Position numbers and translations under genes: made by a program. The notes below the pieces were generated by a model, which did no database searches, was not told where the DNA came from, and saw only the letters and a list, made by a program, of their open reading frames with translations. DNA of 64,000 nucleotides, taken from assembly GCA_963693365.1 (NCBI GenBank), contig CAVNZM010000001.1, positions 12,178,161 to 12,242,160 of the forward strand. The letters are read 5' to 3'. Source of the stretch: Amoebidium appalachense. Taxonomy: Eukaryota; Protista; Ichthyosporea. Shown here piece by piece: positions 45,352 through 64,000 of the stretch. The first letter of the stretch is position 1; each line of letters opens with the position of its first letter.

Positions 45352-45604
45352 TGTCAGTCTTTATGTATTCCCAATACCCCCTCCCCCTTCTCCCCACCCC
45401 CCTCCAACTCCCATTCACCCCCCCCCTTCCCCTCTCCTTCCTCCCTTCCCCCGGGTCCATAGTCCTCCATCCCTCGGCCTTCATCTCTTCTGTACCCCTT
45501 TTCCCCTTTACCCAAGAATCCCAGCCCCCTCTCCTTCCGAACTGCACTGACATATCTATCTCCTTGCCCCCTGCCCCCCCCCCTCCCCCCCCCCCCCCCC
45601 TTCC

Positions 45605-45644
<40 letters not shown>

Positions 45645-46265
45645 AGAAACCATCACTCTTATCTACACCCTCCCCCCCCCCTCCACTCCCCTCTTCGTTT
45701 TCTTTTCTACCTCTCTCCCCTTCGAGCTTCTTTCCCACACACCTTCCTACCTTCACTCTCCCATCCTAATCCCCCCCCCCCCCCCCCTCCTTTTCCGAGC
45801 TTCACTCCCTTAACTACTCCCCTTCTCCCCCCAACCTTCCACCGGGGCTTCTTCTCCCCCCCCCCCCCCCCCCCCCCCCCCCGGCTTTACCATCATATGT
45901 ATGTGTGGAACCATACCCTACCTCATCTGCCCATCAAAGACAAAAACAGGCACAGGGGTAGCTCCCAGTCCATGTTGCCAGAAGTGTATTTCTTTTTGAA
46001 CTTTCGGTTATCTTCCACACACACGTGCACGCGATGAGGCTGTGGATAAAAAACCCTGCTGTGGACCAGGTGCCTGTGGTGTGTGTTTGCGCGCGTGCAC
46101 GCGCTGGCGCCTTTGCACGCCGGGGTACGTACGTGGGTGTACATGTGTGTGTCTGTGTGTGTGCACGTGTGTGGAAATAAAACGGCTGTGTGCCGTGACT
46201 GTGCGTATTTATGTGTGGCAATCTGTCTGCAATATGGCAGATGCATATGCACCTCGTGTGACTAG

Positions 46266-46299
<34 letters not shown>

Positions 46300-46790
46300 A
46301 CGCGTGCCTTTGTCTGTACATGTTTGTGCACGCCTGTCAGTACGTGTGTGTGCGCACACGTATTTTATGAATGGTTCAGATGGCTGCTCTGTGCTTGATG
46401 CAAACTATGAGTTCCTGGCCATGCTACAAACCGATATTTAACTGGCTCAATTTGGAAATCACACATTACTGGTGTTTCAGTCTGTCAAGATGCACCAGTA
46501 ATATGCAGATTTGACTTTTATTATTGTTATTATTATCCTCAATAAGGGCCCTTATTTCATGAAAAAGCCTGCAACCCACAAAATGTTTAAACCCCTTAAG
46601 GCTCTTTCCTGGTGCACATACGTATACTTGTGCGCACATCCAGCCCTGCCTTCGAAGACAAACAAGATTCATGCGCGTGCACGTGCATATGTATGTATTG
46701 GTGTGCGGGCGTCTGTATGTGTAGTGTCATCGTGTGGGACGTGCATGTGCATGTGCGCATGCGTGTGCCTGTGCACGTTTGTGAGTGTGT

Positions 46791-46930
46791 GCATGCATGT
46801 GTGTCTTTCCGTGATTATGGTGTGTGCATGCATGTGTGTCTTTCCGTGATTATGGTGTGTGCATGCATGTGTGTCTTTCCGTGATTATGGTGTGTGCATG
46901 CATGTGTGTCTTTCCGTGATTATGGTGTGT
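46791..46930. repeat. Minisatellite, 4 x 35 bp
   Basis: gcatgcatgtgtgtctttccgtgattatggtgtgt repeated four times. Confidence 0.95.
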
Positions 46931-47221
46931 GCACACGTCACCGTGCACATTCAGGATTTACTATCAGAGAGAGGCAGTAACTCTGGCTATGCCTAAGATG
47001 CAATCATATTGAAATACTCTACACCCCCAGACAAGAAATGCTTCATACGAAAAAATCTTCAACATGATCTTGTAAAGGGCTTCGTTTTTCACCATGCTTG
47101 CGTGCATCGTGTCGCTACGCTATGTTTATGCAAGTATAAAGGACTGTAACACTTGGCCCAAAAGGCCAGGCACGAGGCGAAATGGGGAAGGAAAAAAACA
47201 AAAACCAGAAAACACGTATAA

Positions 47222-53403
<6,182 letters not shown>

Positions 53404-54343
53404 GGCTGATCCTGGAGATTGCCTACAATCGAACCTTTGGCAATGAGGTTATCGGAGTCACTGCTATGTTTCAGTAAGGGTGGAATAACAATCCTTTCCC
53501 TCTTTTGATTATTCAGCAATGTCCCGGCTAGAACAGATATCCTATGCATACACGTGTTATAGCTCGGAACCCCTAAATTTCAGTACAAACTTGCACTAGT
53601 ACTTGCGTTACTTACCGCACAGCCTGTAACAATAGTGTTCTCTCTGCAGCCAAGCACAAAAAGCTCAGCGGTTTTTCAGAGAAGGGGTGTGTTCGGAATG
53701 AGGAATTCGAGTCGGTTCGGGAAAGTATCACAGGGATTCGCGCCGCCGGATCGGCCGAGTGCCCGCGGGTCGAACAGCTCGAATCGGTTCTCCGGCTTTC
53801 CGCACACTCCCGGGCAGACAACATCTCGTATGCATGCGCAGTGTCGCTTCAGTTTCCCGAAAATTTTTCTTTTGTTTTTCTAAAACTCAAAAGTCGCCAC
53901 TATATATGTACACGGTTGATTCTGCTTTCACCATCACAGTTACACGAGTTCTCGGCACACACACATTCACATGTTTTCAGAGCGATGTACATACATGTCA
54001 AAATAGCTGTCCATGGCCATGGACAGCTAGTGACTGCCATGGCCATGGGCAGCTGGTAATTGTTATGGCTAAGGGCTGAAGTTTGAAGGGTACACATTCG
54101 AAAGTGTACAGTATAGCTATGTGGTCAAGTTCTGGAGGCTCTTACTATAAAAAAGCATTATTGCTTCTAAAAATGAAGTCATTTTGATAAACTTTGAATG
54201 AACGAGCTTTAGGTATGTTATGTAGGCCTAAATACGCTCAGCCATCATGCTTGCTAGTAGCGTATCTCAAAGGGGCATGTGGTGTTTTCCACACACAAAC
54301 ACAAGGGTCCTATGCTGTTTTATGGAGTCACAAAGACCAGTCT

Positions 54344-54449
<106 letters not shown>

Positions 54450-54905
54450 ATGATGGTGGCAGAAGGGGGGGGGGGGGGGAGGGGGGAAGGGAGGAGGAGG
54501 GCCCGGGGGGGAGGGGGGGGGGGGGGGCTTGATATATTCCCTCCGTGTTACATCAGGTCCGAAACGATAAAAATTGACCATGTTCAAATTGTCACTCTAA
54601 TCCCGTAGTGCTTGCATTTATTTACTTGCTGCTCAAATTGTGACTAATCCCTATCACTATAGTTGATTCTAGCACTCAGAAAACTAAAAAACACATAGGC
54701 TGCAACGGACAAGAGGTTAGCCATTTAGAATGGATATCAAAATGATCGAAATTATCAAAATTTATTATGCACTACAGTGTTACTTTCTTCTCATGAGCTC
54801 AGTTCGTAATTTTTCCGGGAAATTTAATTTTTATGTTGCTCAATATAGAAGACACTATTTCATTTTGGCTGCGAGAATTGAGCTTTAAGAGAGGACCTCA
54901 TACGC

Positions 54906-54936
<31 letters not shown>

Positions 54937-55048
54937 GGGGAAAGAGAAGAAGAAGAAGAAGGATCAGATGGTTGAAGAATCAACGAGGCGAGGAAAAAAC
55001 GAACCTCAAAAACGTAATACGTCACCAAAAACACCAAATTCATGAAAT

Positions 55049-59646
<4,598 letters not shown>

Positions 59647-60257
59647 GATAGCGGTGACTACAGGACTTACTTTTTAAAACGAATGAAGAATGCTACTACT
59701 TCTGCAAAATATATTGAACGAACTTTTTTGAGTGGAAATTAGGCTCCCTAGAAGTTCGAAGAAAGGGGGTCACTGTTGCGAGTTATGTTTATCAACGGTT
59801 TCGTTGCTTCAGGAAAACAGTAATATTGCTCGTGGGGACAAACTCGTGTCGTTTGTACCAGATAAAGGATTTTAATGAATAACCCTTCTACTGAAAAAGA
59901 CGCAACAGGTTTATAGTAATAACATCTGCGGAATATTGTGTCTCCTAGGGAAAGCTCTAGAGCCACTGAGCTGCACAGCACTGTGTAACTAGAGGGGTAG
60001 TGCCGTAGTGCCGGATAACAGGTCCAATTCGTTATTCAACCGCGTACGAATATCCTTATCAATCAGTTAATTCTACAGAAGTTCAGCATATGAATCTACA
60101 GTGGCATCACCGTTTTACTCCAAAAATACTGCACAGGTTTGATGCTGACCCGCGACCAGCCGCGACCAGCGTTGAAGACTGCGAAGGCCTTGGTTGGCGC
60201 TGTTGTGTGGGGCTGATCGCGCCAAGATAAGAGCTGGCCAATCAAATACTTCGAGAA

Positions 60258-61955
60258 TTCAATCTATTCTTCACATACACCCATGCCAATCCGCTTTTCG
60301 TAAAAACAATTCATGTTATGTTCAAATAATGGCACTGCACGATTCTATGCAAGTTGGTGCACAATATGTTGGCTTTATTGATTGGAAAACTGCTTACGAT
60401 TCTGTCTCCCCTGGTCTCCTATGGGAAAAGCTTGCTGCACGGGGTGTACCACACTGCATTGGTGTTCTGTTAGAAGCACTCTTGTCTCAAACCTATGGTA
60501 GAGCTGTGGTTAATGGGCATCTTTCATATGGTTTTGCTCGTACTAGAGGTCTCTTGCAGGGTTCATTGCTTAGCCCCTTTTTGTTTAACCTATTTATAGA
60601 TGATTTGGCTGTCAAGATTTACGCCGAAAACGATGACCCTATTAATAACTTTCCGCCTGCACTTCTCTATGCTGATGATCTGTCCCTCCTTGCCCGTACC
60701 CCTAGACGCCTGCAAAGATTGTTCGATGTAGTGTCAGAGTGGTGCAAGGCAAACCTTATGATCCTTAACATAGACAAATGTGGTGTTCTTGTACCTGATA
60801 TAGCTAACAATTTACACACATTTACATTATCATCTAAACCTGTACCTATAGTTCCAGAATACAAATATCTTGGTGTTCCGGTTGATTCTGTTGGTGTTAT
60901 GTTTCCCCATATGGTCGAAAAGAGGGTAGAGTTGGCTCGTAAGCGGTTAGCTTTCTTCTCGGCTAATATTTTTAAAGACACACCCCTCCATCCTTCTATT
61001 AGACTTACATTTATTCGCACTTTTGTCTTCCCGGCATGTGAATATGGTTTACCCCTTCTCGCCGCTTGGATCAAGAAAGAGAGAACTAGAGCGCTTAAAC
61101 CCTTGGCAAATTTCCTTGAAGCAGAAGTTGCCTCCTTTCTATCTAACAACTGTTGTAAACCTGGGCCTGTAACGCTCTCGATATATGGTCTGGTCCCAAT
61201 AGCTGCTAGAGTATCCTATCTCGCGCTGAAATTCAATAAGCACATAAGCCGCTTAAAGAAGTATTTGCCCTCCCACCCTCTCTTCTCTATCCGACCTGTC
61301 CCCTCCTCACCTCTCCCCTCTTTCCTCCCCTCTCTCTCCCCTTCTCCCCTGGGCACAAATACAAATAAACCCCGCAATAGTGTGTGTGTGACTTTGGACT
61401 GCCACTTACTTATTAAACATGTACACAATCACAAGATAATCACGCAATATAACAAATGGAAAAAGATACCACACGACACTAGACCCGATGAAAGCATACA
61501 CCTTGAAAAACTAAGCCTTATGTCTCGTTTTATATATACTGACCGCCTCAACCATATTGCCAAATATGGCACTCACAAGTGTATAACACCTAAATACATA
61601 TTACCTTCCTGTAGAACTGGTCTTTCTCTAGCTGATGGTATTATTGATCAATTACCACGCTTTTACTGTACACGTGCTATACAGTGGAGATCTAATAAGT
61701 ATAAGGTGGCATCATTTGCATGCCCAAACAACACACACACACACCAGTTTAACCGGTCATGTATCGCCAAATGTAGTTTGATAGACCACATAATACCGCA
61801 ACACACACACGTCACATTCACAACAGACACCCAGAAAGATAGCCTACCTGTAAATTACAACATCCTTGATTTTATACTAAACACGCGTAACTACGACCTG
61901 TTTATTAGATGTATTGATTGGCTTGAGAAACACATCACTACAAAATTATAGCGCA

Positions 61956-62034
<79 letters not shown>

Positions 62035-62067
62035 CCAGCTGATACCGAGTGTCCCGAGGGGGAGCCC

Positions 62068-62105
<38 letters not shown>
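60258..62105 (+). mobile_element. 5'-truncated copy of the LINE at 10.9-15.7 kb
   Basis: Matches 13832-15692 from ttcaatctattc onward, with three ORF substitutions seen by eye; poly(A) at 62072-62105. The first ~21 codons of ORF 60194-61951 are flanking DNA. Confidence 0.97.
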
Positions 62106-62107
<2 letters not shown>

Positions 62108-63791
62108 GGGAACCCCAACTAATTGATTTCTCCTTGTAATCTTTATGGTGTCTCGTAGAGAAAGTAAACCCTGATATATAGTCACCACCCGACATCTATG
62201 TACGTGATCATGATATACCGCTGAGGGGATATTCCGAGCAAACCCCCCCCCCCCCCCATACCTGAGACTGGTTCTCTTTGCCTCGAGTAAACAGCGTAAA
62301 CCCCAATTCTATATGTAGTCACTCCGAGTGCTCGTCCCATGGTCCGCGGCCTCTTTTTTTCTTTTTTTTCTTTTTTTTTTTCTTTTTTTATGTTGCCGCA
62401 GGCGACAGCGCAGTAGGGCCCAGCCACTTATGTAAGCCAGCGGGTACTAAGCTTGGAGACTAGCTTTCAGCCAGTCTTCGAGTTGAGTGACTGAGTCAAA
62501 GCAGTGGCGGAAAAGGCGGATCCGGATTATGCAAGTTCACACTTCATGAGCCAAGGTTACAGACGTTGCAGCTCTGTGTACATATACGTAGCAGTACCGT
62601 GCGGCAAACAGTAGTAGGTATTACTGAGAGTGACTCACAAATAGCGGGATGCTTGAAGGGGCCTTGATGGGTACACCATGTATTTTTCTCCTTGAACACC
62701 GTAGCACAAGGAACGCTACACAAGGCAGAAATAATAAACACACATGAAAAGTTGATGGTGAACTACTACTCTAACGTTTGTGCCGCTGGTTGGACCCAAG
62801 GTTATACTTAGGCGACATCTCTTTTGGCAAAGCAAGAATTTAATTAAGCAAGATGAAATCAGCACAGCGTGCATGCATATGTACGTGCCAGTGAGCTTGA
62901 GTTTTCCCCGAGAGAATCCCCGATAAGAATAAAGCTTGGATCATCTGTCAGTGAGGAGTTGGGGCATAACATGGTGCATCGGAGTAGCAAGGGGCATACC
63001 ATGCACTCTGGCCTTGCACTAGGCTAAGCCAGGGACGTGCACACAGTCTCCGACTTGGTACCATAAGCATTGCCGTACGTTAGCCTCCCCCCTCTCCCGC
63101 TCCACGCCGCTAAAGTTTGGTTTGCACATCAAATCCATAAATTTTCCTAATCGGTATTGTCCATAGATCACCCCCCGCCCCCCCCTTCCCCCCGCCTTCC
63201 CAGTGACCCTCCCCCTCCCAACTACCCCTTTCTCCCCCATCCCTTCATAGCCGCCCCCCTTTGCCCAATTCAACGCTATGCTGGTTGATGGCTGCCTCCA
63301 CACCCGTTTCCCTAGCACCCCGAAAGGCTACTTCCCCCCTTGACCCATTTCCGGTTTTATGAAGTTGCAAACTATTTGTGTGTTTCATCTCTTATGTGCC
63401 TCATAGTAATTCGAACTTCGTACTGCGTGCCACATCCTTCTACCCTCCATCCCCTCCCCCCCTCCCCCCGCGCTACCCCAGGGACCCCTTTTATCCGCAC
63501 ATACACAAAGACTGCAGTGTACCCGGTGGGGTTCAAACAGTCACACACACACAAACACACACACACATGCACGGTGCGTGCGTGGACACACATGATGCGC
63601 GTGGACACACACACACACGCACACATCCACGCACGCTCACACGTACACCAACACAATACACACGCGCACGTCGTACACAGTGACACACACAGAGCCTCAC
63701 ACTCAAGACACACACATATTGTATCTGCACCCGAATACACACGTGCACACAGTGCAAACACACACACACAAGCACACATGTGCACACACAC

Positions 63792-63838
<47 letters not shown>

Positions 63839-63922
63839 TGTCTTGCAAGAGCACACAAACACAGACGCACATACACGCATGTACACAGGCACACACACAC
63901 ACCACACACACACACGTGCACG

Positions 63923-63967
<45 letters not shown>

Positions 63968-64000
63968 ACACACACACTTGAACGTGCAAAAACACCGCTA

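Noticed and set aside
46791-46930. 35-bp repeats as a CRISPR array
   Set aside because: Units are head-to-tail with no spacers, there are no cas genes, and the context is eukaryotic.
60194-61951. 585-aa ORF as a standalone or domesticated RT gene
   Set aside because: It starts at a TTG in flanking DNA and is a near-identical truncated LINE copy lacking the endonuclease and RT N-terminus.
60254-62310. AATTC as target-site duplication of LINE copy 2
   Set aside because: Only 5 bp, and it overlaps element-homologous bases at both ends, so it is not distinguishable from chance.

Overview
Eukaryotic nuclear DNA with GT-AG spliceosomal introns, densely filled with poly-G/poly-C, (CA)n and (CT)n tracts; most short ORFs in the supplied track are translations of these repeats. 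Host genes: an intronless HSP20 (8701-9300, -), a two-exon CCCH zinc-finger gene (4287-5105, +), a six-exon SREK1IP1-like gene (47222-53403, -), a five-exon GINS2/PSF2 gene (55049-59646, -) and one unassigned spliced gene. The region from about 10.8 to 45 kb holds five transposable element classes: a full-length APE-type LINE (with a near-identical 5'-truncated copy at 60.3-62.3 kb), an intron-containing Helitron Rep gene with a putative OB-fold neighbour, a DIRS/PAT-like RT-RNaseH-methyltransferase element, a decayed Ty1/copia element and an ISL2EU-like THAP-DDE transposon with a convergent SWIM ORF. The most notable structures are (1) the DIRS-like element, which has split direct repeats and sits in an ATCGAT core whose empty paralogous site lies about 0.75 kb downstream of its right end, (2) about 200 bp shared by both LINE copies beyond their poly(A) tracts, and (3) a Helitron HUH motif reconstituted across a 2.9-kb intron. 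All alignments were made by eye and no database searches were run. The animal-like SREK1IP1 motif hints at a holozoan or other opisthokont host (inference only).
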